Assembly: GCA_039801885.1 (NCBI GenBank)
Contig: JBDRVN010000019.1
Span: 1-28,903 of the forward strand
Source of the DNA: a candidate division WOR-3 bacterium
GTDB lineage: Bacteria; Hydrothermota; Tepidihabitantia; Tepidihabitantales; DTDR01
DNA length: 28,903 bases
Reading direction: 5' to 3'
In this document: one piece after another, positions 8,176 to 17,108 of the stretch
Numbering within the stretch: the stretch's first letter is position 1
How the letters are laid out: every line of letters starts with the position of its first letter
Notes under the pieces: model-generated
What the model saw: the letters and a program-made list of their open reading frames with translations, nothing else
What the model was told of the DNA's origin: nothing
The model's database searches: none
Made by a program: the position numbers and the translations under genes

Positions 8176-9153
8176 ATGGTGAAGGTAACAAAAGCAACAT
8201 TAATAGTTTTTATAACCTTATTTTTATTTTCTTTTATCTATGCTAATGAAGGAGCAATTTCCGGTATCGTTACCGACTCAATAACTGGCAATCCAATTCC
8301 TAATGCCCAAGTAAATGCACGAAAGATTAACGGTCATGGTTGTGGCATGGCGGTAACCGATGAAAACGGATATTATATTATTCAAAATCTCGTGCCCGGT
8401 CTCTATATGGTTAACTGCCATGCCCAAAATTATTATCCAAAACATTATCCTGAGCCGGTTGAGGTTGTTGCCGGTCAGACAACCACTGATATCAATTTTG
8501 CTTTAAGACCTTATACTCCTCCACCGGGTGAAAGAGGTTCAATTTCTGGAATCGTTACTGATTCCTTAACTGGTAATCCAATTTCCAATGCAAGAGTAAC
8601 GGCTTGCGGTCCTTCTTGCGGCTGGGCGATTACCAATGAAAATGGCGAATATATTATTGAAAACTTAATACCCGGTGATTATCGGGTAACTGCTAATGCA
8701 ATGAATTATTTCCCAAAAAGATATCCCGAAATGGTAACTGTCTATCCTAATCAAAATACACCCGAAATAAATTTTCAATTAGTTCGGAGATTTATGCCGC
8801 CACCAAGAGGAACCGGTTCCATTTCGGGTGTTGTGTTAGATTCCTTAACTAATGAGCCAATCGCCAACGCCCAAGTTGTTGCTATGTTTCATTTGGGTAG
8901 AAGACCGAGAATTATTGGTAGAGCAATTACTAATGAGAATGGTGAATATGTTATTGAAAACTTGCCAACCGGTGATTATCTTGTTATTGCCCGTGCCTTT
9001 AATTACTACCCAAAAAGATATCCGGAATTGGTTCATGTAGAAGATGGTCAGAATACACCAGGTATCAATTTTCTTTTGGTTTCCCGAAGTCAAGAACATC
9101 GATATCGTTATGAATTAGAAAACCGAATAAGAGAAAGGATAAGAAGAAGATAA
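8176..9153 (+). CDS. Secreted protein with three tandem carboxypeptidase regulatory-like domains
   Basis: SD AGGAGG precedes ATG 8176 (the ORF track starts at 8125). Signal peptide ends FIYA. Three ~90-aa repeats G.ISG.V.DS.T..PI.NA.V...T.ENG.Y.I.NL..G.Y.V...A.NY.PK.YPE, joined by Pro-rich linkers. Confidence 0.88.
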   Translation: MVKVTKATLIVFITLFLFSFIYANEGAISGIVTDSITGNPIPNAQVNARKINGHGCGMAVTDENGYYIIQNLVPGLYMVNCHAQNYYPKHYPEPVEVVAGQTTTDINFALRPYTPPPGERGSISGIVTDSLTGNPISNARVTACGPSCGWAITNENGEYIIENLIPGDYRVTANAMNYFPKRYPEMVTVYPNQNTPEINFQLVRRFMPPPRGTGSISGVVLDSLTNEPIANAQVVAMFHLGRRPRIIGRAITNENGEYVIENLPTGDYLVIARAFNYYPKRYPELVHVEDGQNTPGINFLLVSRSQEHRYRYELENRIRERIRRR

Positions 9154-9178
9154 TTCAACCTCCTTTTCTCAAAAGGAT

Positions 9179-9210
9179 GGGCAGGGGATGTAGTCTCCCT
9201 GCCCTTTTTT
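9179..9210 (+). terminator. Rho-independent terminator
   Basis: GGGCAGGG...CCCTGCCC stem followed by TTTTTT, 25 nt after the stop. Confidence 0.88.
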
Positions 9211-9212
9211 AT

Positions 9213-9241
9213 TTGACATAAAAATAAATTTTTATTATTAT
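9213..9241 (+). promoter_or_regulatory. Sigma70 promoter of the corrinoid methyltransferase operon
   Basis: TTGACA-N17-TATTAT, with SD AAGGAGG at about 9354-9360. Confidence 0.75.
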
Positions 9242-9364
9242 ATTTTAATGTTTATTTTAAAATGAAATTTTTATTGCCAAGCCGGGTGCTTGGAAGGTTT
9301 TCCTTTATTTTTCTTTTAACTTTCAGAAATAAAAATTTTTCATTTAAATTTAAAAGGAGGAAAA

Positions 9365-10156
9365 ATGGTTAGAAGGGATTTCACAATTAAAGATGTTCAA
9401 GAAGTTTATCAAGGTGTTGGTGGCAAACTTTGGGAATTAGTTATGGGCGAACAGATCCATTCCGGTGGCGAAAAGACTACCGATATTTTGGCACAAGCCT
9501 TGGAATTGAAACCAGGGATGCTTGTCTTAGATATTTGTAGTGCCTTAGGTGGGCCTGCGCGCCAATTAGCTAAAAAATACGGTGTCAAAGTTATCGGTTT
9601 AGATGCAACGCAAAGAATGGTTGAAGAAGCGATAAAAAGGACTGAAAAAGCCGGATTAAGCCATCTAATAGAATATGTTTTAGGAAATGCCTTAGATTTA
9701 CCATTTAAACAAGAGACTTTTGATGTTGTCTGGGGACAAGAAGCCTGGTGCTATATTACTGATAAGAAAAGATTGATTAATGAAACCTATCGGGTCCTAA
9801 AACCAAATGGGAAAATTGGTTTTACCGATTGGATTATTACCGGCAAACTTTCGGCTACTGAACTCCAAGAACTCTTAGATTCAATGACCTTTCCTTATAT
9901 GGAAACTTTTGAAGGTTATCAAAAATTATTAAAGGAAGCCGGATTTGAAATTCTGATTGCTCGGGATGAAACCGAAGATTTCCATAATTATTTTATTGAA
10001 TATCAAAAGAAAGTTCACGGCGATTTAAAAGATATTATCCTTAACGATTTTGGTAAAGATATTTTTGATTTTGCTTCTTATTTAGTAAACCTTTGGGAAA
10101 AGGCATCAAGGGAACATAAAGTTGGTAGGGGCTTTTATGTGGCGATAAAGAAGTGA
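9365..10156 (+). CDS. Class I SAM-dependent methyltransferase (sarcosine/dimethylglycine MTase-like)
   Basis: Motif I VLDICSALGGPAR, VIGLD, GNALDLPF...FDVVW and RVLKPNG. Strong SD. Confidence 0.88.
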   Translation: MVRRDFTIKDVQEVYQGVGGKLWELVMGEQIHSGGEKTTDILAQALELKPGMLVLDICSALGGPARQLAKKYGVKVIGLDATQRMVEEAIKRTEKAGLSHLIEYVLGNALDLPFKQETFDVVWGQEAWCYITDKKRLINETYRVLKPNGKIGFTDWIITGKLSATELQELLDSMTFPYMETFEGYQKLLKEAGFEILIARDETEDFHNYFIEYQKKVHGDLKDIILNDFGKDIFDFASYLVNLWEKASREHKVGRGFYVAIKK

Positions 10157-10782
10157 AAAAAGATATTTATGAAAGATTAGCCAACGCTGTTTTTAATTTA
10201 AATCTTTCTTTAACCGAAAAAGTTTCTCAAGAAATTGTCAATAATAATTTAGATTGTCGAAAGGCGATTTTCGAAGGACTGGTTTTAGGAATAAAAAAGG
10301 TTTCTAATTATTTTACCAAAGGAAAATATTTTATACCAGAAGTTCTGGTGGCAGCGGAATGTTTTTACAAAGGCTTTGAGATATTAAAAACCAATTTAAA
10401 AAATCCCTTGCCTAATAAAGGGAAAATTATTTTAGCAGTAGTTTATGGCGATATCCACGATATCGGCAAAAATATTGTAAAACTAATGGCAGAAATGGAT
10501 GGGTTTCAAGTAATCGATTTAGGTCGAGATTGTCCGAAAGAAAAAATTTTAGAAACGGCTCTTAAAGAAAAGCCGGTGATTATTGGACTTTCTGCCTTGA
10601 TGACAACAACAATGTTAGAAATGGAAAAAGTAATAAAATTACTAAAAGAGAATAATGTAAAAGCCAAGGTGGTAATTGGTGGTGCACCAACTTCCCAACT
10701 TTTTGCTCAAAAGATTGGTGCTGACGGATACGCTCCAGATGCAGTTTCTGGTATTAGGTTATTTAACCAATTAATTAAATGA
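10153..10782 (+). CDS. Corrinoid (cobalamin-binding) methyl-carrier protein, MttC/MtbC-like
   Basis: Cap domain (FIPEVLVAA), DxHxxG motif GDIHDIGKNIV, IDLG, GLSALMTTT, IGGAP and IGADGYA.DA. Confidence 0.95.
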   Translation: MKKDIYERLANAVFNLNLSLTEKVSQEIVNNNLDCRKAIFEGLVLGIKKVSNYFTKGKYFIPEVLVAAECFYKGFEILKTNLKNPLPNKGKIILAVVYGDIHDIGKNIVKLMAEMDGFQVIDLGRDCPKEKILETALKEKPVIIGLSALMTTTMLEMEKVIKLLKENNVKAKVVIGGAPTSQLFAQKIGADGYAPDAVSGIRLFNQLIK

Positions 10783-11708
10783 TTGAAAATATTAAAGTCT
10801 TTCCCTTAGTAGTTGCCAACCATGCTGCCTATTTAACCGGTCAAAAAGAGAGCGAACTTTATTGCGATGGTGAGAAATTGGCAAAGGCACTTTTGTACTG
10901 CCAAAACTATTATAATTACGATGCGGTAATTGTCTTTTCCGATGTCTATGTAGAAATGGAAGCAATGGGCGGAATTTTATCTTTTCCGGAAGATTCGCCA
11001 CCAATTATAAAGAACTATCCAAAATTAATTAAAATTGCCAATCCTTATACCGATGGTCGAATAAAAGAGATATTAAAGGCTGCTACTTTTTTAAAAAAAT
11101 ATCTTAAAAATATACCAATCTTTGTTTCTTTAAAAGGACCTTTTTCCCTTGCCTGTCTTTTAGTAGAAGCCGAAAAATTTTTTATAATGCTTATTGAAAA
11201 GGAAAAGAAGGCAAAAGAGTTAATAAATATTGCCTTTGAAAATCAATTGAGATATTTAAAGGCAATTTTAGAAATTAATTGTATCCCTTTTATTGGTGAT
11301 CCCTTTGCTTCCGGTTCTCTAATCAGTTATAATCTTTTTGAAAATTATGCCTTGCCGCCTTTGAAGGAACTTATTAAAGAAGCAAAATTTTGTGGACTTC
11401 ATATCTGTGGTGATACCAAAAATCTCCTACCCTTAATAATTGAGACAAAAGCAAAGATTATCTCCTTGGAAACGGACATTCAATTTGCCAAGAGATATTT
11501 TCCCGAAGATATTTATCTTATGGGTTCAGTGCCCACAGATTTATTAGTTAATGGCGATATCTTCCAAGTTAAAGAAGAATGCGAAAAAGAAATCTTAGCC
11601 GGTGGTAGAAATTTTATTTTGTCAACGGCTTGTGATGTTCCTAAATATGCCAAAAAAGAAAATGTAAAAACGCTGGTGGATGTGGGTCATATCTATAAAA
11701 GATTGTGA
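10779..11708 (+). CDS. UroD-fold MtaA/CmuA-family methylcobamide methyltransferase
   Basis: E.EAMG, GPFSLA and DPFASGSLIS. Zn-ligand motif HICG plus a distal Cys in STACDVP. Confidence 0.88.
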   Translation: MIENIKVFPLVVANHAAYLTGQKESELYCDGEKLAKALLYCQNYYNYDAVIVFSDVYVEMEAMGGILSFPEDSPPIIKNYPKLIKIANPYTDGRIKEILKAATFLKKYLKNIPIFVSLKGPFSLACLLVEAEKFFIMLIEKEKKAKELINIAFENQLRYLKAILEINCIPFIGDPFASGSLISYNLFENYALPPLKELIKEAKFCGLHICGDTKNLLPLIIETKAKIISLETDIQFAKRYFPEDIYLMGSVPTDLLVNGDIFQVKEECEKEILAGGRNFILSTACDVPKYAKKENVKTLVDVGHIYKRL

Positions 11709-12901
11709 GAAAAACTCTTTTACATCTTCTTGCTGAAAAAGGCTATTATTTAAAAAATTTCTGTGGCCGAGGAATTTGTAAAAAATGTGAAATTATTTTT
11801 AATAATAAAAAGGTCCTTGCTTGTCAAACAGAAATTCCCCCAGAGATAAATAACCAAAAACTATTTAAAAGAGTTAACATCCCTTCCTCTTTTCTTCGTT
11901 TTTGTGACCAAAAATTTGATGAGACCGATTGCTTAGCAATTGATTTAGGAACCACTAATATTAGAATTGGTTATCAAAAAGGAGAAAGCTTTATCAAAAA
12001 AAACTTTACCAACCCCCATTTTCTTTTTGCTCCCGATCTCTTTTCCCGAATAAACATCTATCCCCTATTAAAAAAATATCCCTTAATAGAATATTTAAAG
12101 ATAAAAGAATTAAAAAAGGGAATAATCGTAGGCAATCCAATTATGTACCATTTTTTACTTAATAAAATATCTCCTTCTTTAGGAAAATATCCTTACCGAA
12201 TGTTTATCCCGGAAAAAGAGATTATCTATCCCATTAAAAATAAAAGAGGAATTCAAATGGTGCCAATTATTAGCAGTTTTATTGGTGGCGATATTGTTTC
12301 GGGAATCCTTTATACCAATCTTTATAAAAAGAAATCTTTTTCTTTATTAATTGATTTGGGAACAAATGGTGAAATTGTTTTAGGAAATAAAGATAAAATT
12401 TTTGCTTCTTCTTGTGCTGCTGGTCCGGCTTTTGAAGAAAAATTTCATTATTATGGTTCAAAGATTATTTCTCATTTGGCTAATTTACTAAAAGAAGGAA
12501 TAATCGATAAATCGGGAAAGTTAAAAAGAAAAAATCTTTGGTTTTCTCAAAAAGAGATAAGAGAACTCCAATTGGCAAAGTCAGCGATTGCTACCGGAAT
12601 TATTATCCTTAGTAAGATTTCGGAAATCCCTCTTTTCCAAATTGAGAATATATATCTTACTGGAAATTTTGGTTCAAAGATTGATATAAAAGATTTGTAT
12701 ACTATCGGTATCTTGCCCAAGGAGATAAAAGGCAAAATTTTTCTCTCTCCGGATTTACCACTAAAAGGAGCCATAAAAATCTTTAAAGAAAATTCTTTGA
12801 TGAAAGAGTGTTTAAAAATTGCTGAAAGGACCAAAACTTTCTTTTTGCCGGAAATTGAAGAATTTTTTAAAATCTTTATTAACCAAATCCCTTTTCCCTA
12901 A
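11705..12901 (+). CDS. ATP-dependent reductive activator of corrinoid proteins (RACo/DUF4445, ASKHA), compact form
   Basis: N-terminal Fe-S motif CGRGICKKC...LACQ, then IDLGTT, FIGGDIVSG, IDLGTNGEI, SCAAGPAFE, QKEIRELQLAKSAI and YLTGNFG. Confidence 0.9.
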   Translation: MRKTLLHLLAEKGYYLKNFCGRGICKKCEIIFNNKKVLACQTEIPPEINNQKLFKRVNIPSSFLRFCDQKFDETDCLAIDLGTTNIRIGYQKGESFIKKNFTNPHFLFAPDLFSRINIYPLLKKYPLIEYLKIKELKKGIIVGNPIMYHFLLNKISPSLGKYPYRMFIPEKEIIYPIKNKRGIQMVPIISSFIGGDIVSGILYTNLYKKKSFSLLIDLGTNGEIVLGNKDKIFASSCAAGPAFEEKFHYYGSKIISHLANLLKEGIIDKSGKLKRKNLWFSQKEIRELQLAKSAIATGIIILSKISEIPLFQIENIYLTGNFGSKIDIKDLYTIGILPKEIKGKIFLSPDLPLKGAIKIFKENSLMKECLKIAERTKTFFLPEIEEFFKIFINQIPFP

Positions 12902-13851
12902 TGCGCATTGGTTATTTTTGTTTATACACACCAATTGAACTTCTTAAGGCTTTATCTTTAAAACCAATTAGATTAATCCCCTCCCAAAAGTTTGATTTAA
13001 CAAGTAGATATTTTCGTTACGATGCCTGCCCTTTTTTAAAAAATCTTTTTAGCAATTTAATAAATAAGAGTTGGGAATTTGATGCAATTTTTCTCTTAAG
13101 CCTTTGTGATGGTCAGAGAAGATTGGGAGAAATTTTACAAAAAGAGATTAATAATTTAAAAATTTATGAAATCTATTTTCCCCGAACTTATAACCTTACT
13201 GCCTTTCAATTTTATTACGAAGAGATTCTTGATTTTATTAAACTCTTTGAAAGGGATTTAAATTTAATTAACAAAAGATTAAAAGAAGAAATAAAAATTT
13301 TAAATGAGAAGAAAAGAAAATTATTAGAAATTGTTAATAATCTCAATTTTTTAAAGAAGGCAGAAGTTGTAAAAAAATTTTGGGAGATAGGAGATATTCC
13401 GGAAAATAAGTTTTTAGAGCCCTTTGCTTCCAAAAAAGAAAAGGTCTTATTTTTAGGAAGTTATTTTACTCCTGTGGACTGGTCGATCGCCGAAAGGATT
13501 GAAAAATATTTTACAATTGTGGCTGATAGTTTTTGCACGGTTTCTCGGGGAATTGATTTTTATCCACCAATTAGCAATTTAAAAGACTATCTCTTTTTCT
13601 ATTTTTCTAAAATTCCTTGTATTTTAAGAAGACCAAATAAAATTTTTTATAATTACCTAAAAAAGAAAATAGATAAATATCAAATTAATAAAATAATTCT
13701 CTATGCTTTAAAATTTTGCGATGCTTTTTCTTTTGAAAAAGAAAGTTTAAAAAATTATTTAAAACGGCCAACCCTTTTAATTGAAAGTGATTATTCTTCC
13801 GATACTACTTTACAAATGGAAACAAGAATTGGTGCCTTTTATGAGAGTTGA
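12901..13851 (+). CDS. 2-hydroxyacyl-CoA dehydratase (HGD-D/FldB-C family) subunit
   Basis: IGYFCLYTPIELL, ACPFLK, LCDGQRR, KFCD and the C-terminal IESDY...QMETRIGAFYE. Confidence 0.88.
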   Translation: MRIGYFCLYTPIELLKALSLKPIRLIPSQKFDLTSRYFRYDACPFLKNLFSNLINKSWEFDAIFLLSLCDGQRRLGEILQKEINNLKIYEIYFPRTYNLTAFQFYYEEILDFIKLFERDLNLINKRLKEEIKILNEKKRKLLEIVNNLNFLKKAEVVKKFWEIGDIPENKFLEPFASKKEKVLFLGSYFTPVDWSIAERIEKYFTIVADSFCTVSRGIDFYPPISNLKDYLFFYFSKIPCILRRPNKIFYNYLKKKIDKYQINKIILYALKFCDAFSFEKESLKNYLKRPTLLIESDYSSDTTLQMETRIGAFYES

Positions 13852-15193
13852 TTTCTTCACTTGGAATGAAATTTTTCAAAATATTCCGGAAAGAATAATT
13901 AAAAGATATAAATATTATGAAAGAAAAGAAGAATGGGCAAGATATTTATCACCACCCCAAACCTTTGCTATTTATGGAATGCGTCATTTAATGAGTTTAA
14001 AATTTGATTCTTCTTTAGAATGTCTAAGATTATGGGGATTTATTTTTAATGAAACAGAAAGACTCTTTCGGGCAAAACAGATTAATAAAAAGATAATCGC
14101 CGTAATGGGTGACTTAGGAGGAATTCCGCCGATTATCTATTCTTTTAAATCTTTGATTGGTTTTTATCCTGATTGTTTATGGTGGCAACCTTTCTTTTCG
14201 GAAAATTATAATCTTTTTGAAGTTACTGGCAAGGCAAGTTTTCCGGAAACCTCTTGTTATTCGCGGGTTATCTATGCTACTTTTTTAAAAAAAGCCTATT
14301 TCCCAAAACCCGATTTAATTATCGCTTCTACCGGTGCTTCTTGTGACGATTATTCTTGTGTAATGCAAAAAGTTTATAATCTTTTTTACAAAGATAAAAA
14401 AACTGAATTTATTTGGTTAGAAATTCCACCGAGAAAAGAAAAGAGAGAATCAGCAATAAAATTGTTAAAAGAAAATTACCAAAGATTAGCAAAAATTTTA
14501 AGTGAAATTACCCAGGAGAAATTTACTATTGAGAAGTTAATTTCTGGAATAAAAAGGGTAAATCTGATAAGAAGAAATTACCAAAGATTAAAAGAACTTG
14601 TTGGCAAAAGTGAAATTGCTCCATTAGGTTCTTTAGAAATGCTATTATTAGAATTTGGTAACCTCCATTTTTATTCGGATATTCTTGAATGGCAAAAAAT
14701 TCTTTTGGGAATATTAAATTTAGTAAGAAAAAGAATTAAAGATAATGAAGGAGTGTTAAATAAAGAAAATAAAAAGATTATCTGGGCAACTCCGCCGGCT
14801 GACCCTTTATATCTTATCTATTTTGAAGACAATGGGACAAGAATTGTGGGCAGTGAATATATTATCCATCAAGCATTAGAGATAATTCCGATAAATAAAA
14901 ATAAAGACCCTTTTACTGCTCTGGCGGAAAGCTATCTCTCTGCCTCTTTGATTGGCAAAACAAAAGAACGGGCTTATTTAATAATCAACGAAGTTAAGAA
15001 ATACCAAGCAAAAGGAGTAGTTATCTCGCAAGTCTTTGGAGCTTCTCACTGTGCCTATGAAACCGAAATCTTAAAAGAAGAAATTGAAGAAAAAACAAAG
15101 GTTCCGGTTTTAATTATTGATATTCCTCTCCCTTCTTCCGAAATACCTTTACAAACCAAAACAAGAATAAATGCCTTTATTGAAAATCTCTAA
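13841..15193 (+). CDS. 2-hydroxyacyl-CoA dehydratase (HGD-D family) second subunit
   Basis: ATG 13841 overlaps the upstream stop and is preferred over TTG 13781. Motifs SCYSR, GASCDD, SHC and QTKTRINAFIE. Confidence 0.82.
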   Translation: MRVDFFTWNEIFQNIPERIIKRYKYYERKEEWARYLSPPQTFAIYGMRHLMSLKFDSSLECLRLWGFIFNETERLFRAKQINKKIIAVMGDLGGIPPIIYSFKSLIGFYPDCLWWQPFFSENYNLFEVTGKASFPETSCYSRVIYATFLKKAYFPKPDLIIASTGASCDDYSCVMQKVYNLFYKDKKTEFIWLEIPPRKEKRESAIKLLKENYQRLAKILSEITQEKFTIEKLISGIKRVNLIRRNYQRLKELVGKSEIAPLGSLEMLLLEFGNLHFYSDILEWQKILLGILNLVRKRIKDNEGVLNKENKKIIWATPPADPLYLIYFEDNGTRIVGSEYIIHQALEIIPINKNKDPFTALAESYLSASLIGKTKERAYLIINEVKKYQAKGVVISQVFGASHCAYETEILKEEIEEKTKVPVLIIDIPLPSSEIPLQTKTRINAFIENL

Positions 15194-16242
15194 TGGAAAT
15201 ATTAACTTCTCGCGAAAGGTTTAATCTTTTGGTCTTTGATGAAACTCCGGATAGAGTATTAATTTTCCCTTTGATTACCAATCATAGTGCCTATGTAAGT
15301 AATTATTCAATCAAGGATTATTATACCAAAGGAGAGGTTCTTGCCCAATCTCAAATAAATGCTTACGAAATCTACCAGATTGATTTTCTTTCGGTATTTT
15401 CGGAAGTGGGAATTATTGCCGAGGCTTTAGGAAGTTATTTTGAATATCCGCAAGAAGATTTACCTAAATTGAGGAAACCCTTATTTTCTAATTTGAAAGA
15501 TTATTGGGAAAGAAAATTAAACTGTCAGTATGACGAAGGAAAAGGAAGACTCTATCTTTATTTTGATGCGATAAAAATTCTTTATAAAACCCTTGGTGAT
15601 ATCCTGCCAATCCTGACTTATATCCCAGCCCCTTTTACTACCTTGGCGCTACTTTTTGAACCGACAGAAATATTAAAAGAAGTGAGTATCCCTAATCTCC
15701 AAAAAAAGAGAATCTTAAAGGAGGTTTTATTATTAATTACTGATTTTACTATTCAATTTATGAAAAGTATAATTAATTATGGTGCCCTGCCAATTATCGT
15801 TGATCCGTTGGCATCCGGCAGTGTTATCTCGCCAAAGACTTATAAAAATTTTGCCCTGCCTTACGAAGAAAAACTTATTAACTATCTTCACCGTTATGAT
15901 TTAGATGTAATTTTACATATCTGCGGCAATACCCAAGTCTATTTAAAAGAGTTAAATAAATCTACTGCCGATTTATTAAGTTTAGATAAAATTAATTTAA
16001 TCGCAGGAAAAAAAATCTTGGGAAATAAGTTCCGATTAATCGGTAATTTTGACACAACAGAAATTCTTCTTTTATCGCCTGAAGAAATCAGAAAAAAGGT
16101 AAAAAAATTGGTTTTAAAAATGAAGGATAACAAAAAAGGATATATCTTAGCAACCGGCTGCGAGGTTCCCTTTTCTACTCCCAAAGAAAATCTCCTTGCC
16201 TTTATTGAAGAAGGAAAAAGATGGGGAAGATATAAATTTTAA
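15193..16242 (+). CDS. Second UroD-fold MtaA/CmuA-family methyltransferase
   Basis: LTSRERF N-terminus, AEALG, PAPFTT, DPLASGSVISP, LHICG and ATGCEVP (HxC...C Zn motif). Confidence 0.9.
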   Translation: MEILTSRERFNLLVFDETPDRVLIFPLITNHSAYVSNYSIKDYYTKGEVLAQSQINAYEIYQIDFLSVFSEVGIIAEALGSYFEYPQEDLPKLRKPLFSNLKDYWERKLNCQYDEGKGRLYLYFDAIKILYKTLGDILPILTYIPAPFTTLALLFEPTEILKEVSIPNLQKKRILKEVLLLITDFTIQFMKSIINYGALPIIVDPLASGSVISPKTYKNFALPYEEKLINYLHRYDLDVILHICGNTQVYLKELNKSTADLLSLDKINLIAGKKILGNKFRLIGNFDTTEILLLSPEEIRKKVKKLVLKMKDNKKGYILATGCEVPFSTPKENLLAFIEEGKRWGRYKF

Positions 16243-16243
16243 C

Positions 16244-16271
16244 TTGCTTTTTTGATTTCTTCTTCTATAAT
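16244..16271 (+). promoter_or_regulatory. Sigma70 promoter for the ATPase cassette-purC operon (leaderless)
   Basis: TTGCTT-N16-TATAAT, then 6 nt to ATG 16278. No SD. Confidence 0.65.
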
Positions 16272-16277
16272 TTATCT

Positions 16278-17108
16278 ATGGTGGAAAAGTTGAATTTGAT
16301 TGCTAAATATACAAAATTTTTTGAAAGGCTAATCGGAAATTATGAAAAAACTAAATTAAAAAAAGATGAACTATTCCTTTTAGAAAAAAATCTTAAAAAA
16401 ATTAAAGAACTTTGTGAGAAAATAGAATTTAACGATTTAAAAAACCTTGTTTATGAATGGATAAAAAAAGAGGAAGAATGGCTAAAAAATGCTATCTTAG
16501 AAAAACAGGAAAACTTTGGCAGGGAATTAAAAGAAGAATTAGAGAAAAATCAACTATCTTTTAGTGGAATCTTCCCCAACATTAAAATTGGGATTTTCAC
16601 CTTGGAAATAAATTTTGATTTGAATACCTGTCAACTTTTTTATGGACCAAAAATTGAAAAGCTGAAAACAAAAATTCCCTTAAACCCCCAAACAATCGTA
16701 AAAATTTTGAAAGATTATTTAAAATATCTCCATCAAACCTTTAATCCCAACGAATATTTTAAAAAACTTCTTTTTGCTTACGAACGTTACTTATTTTTCC
16801 AAAAATTAAACTGGGGCGAAAAGATCTTTCTAACCGATTTACTTTCCGAACTTATTTTTCTATTACAAAAGAAAGAGTTCTATTTAGACCCAAAAAAAGA
16901 GAATTTTAAAGAATATTCCCGAATAAATTTCAGTTATGATTTATATCGGCTAAAAACTTCCTTAGGCAACCAATTAGAAAATTATTCTTTTAAACTCTGG
17001 ATTGCTCCTTTTGATGCTACTTTGGATAAAAAGAAATCAGTTTGGATACCCAATAATGAAATGGGTGAAGGAACATATTTTTCTTATATCTCTTTTGAAA
17101 AAATATGA
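16278..17108 (+). CDS. Hypothetical protein (N-terminal coiled coil, C-terminal alpha/beta domain), first gene of the ATPase cassette
   Basis: 276-aa ORF with ATGA overlap into the ATPase. C-terminal YSRINFSYDLYRL...VWIP...G segment looks conserved but was not assigned to a family. Confidence 0.8.
   Translation: MVEKLNLIAKYTKFFERLIGNYEKTKLKKDELFLLEKNLKKIKELCEKIEFNDLKNLVYEWIKKEEEWLKNAILEKQENFGRELKEELEKNQLSFSGIFPNIKIGIFTLEINFDLNTCQLFYGPKIEKLKTKIPLNPQTIVKILKDYLKYLHQTFNPNEYFKKLLFAYERYLFFQKLNWGEKIFLTDLLSELIFLLQKKEFYLDPKKENFKEYSRINFSYDLYRLKTSLGNQLENYSFKLWIAPFDATLDKKKSVWIPNNEMGEGTYFSYISFEKI

Noticed and set aside
9262-9372. Possible leader peptide MKFLLPSRVLGRF... overlapping the methyltransferase start
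   Set aside because: No SD and no telling codon run, so likely chance in AT-rich DNA.
9365-16242. Pyrrolysine or selenocysteine read-through, or a methylamine (MttB/MtmB) system
   Set aside because: All ORFs appear full length with family-typical C-termini. No MttB/MtmB-like gene or interrupted frame was seen.
10779-16242. Calling the two UroD-fold genes hemE
   Set aside because: The HxC...C Zn motif and the corrinoid/RACo context point to MtaA/CmuA-type methyltransferases.
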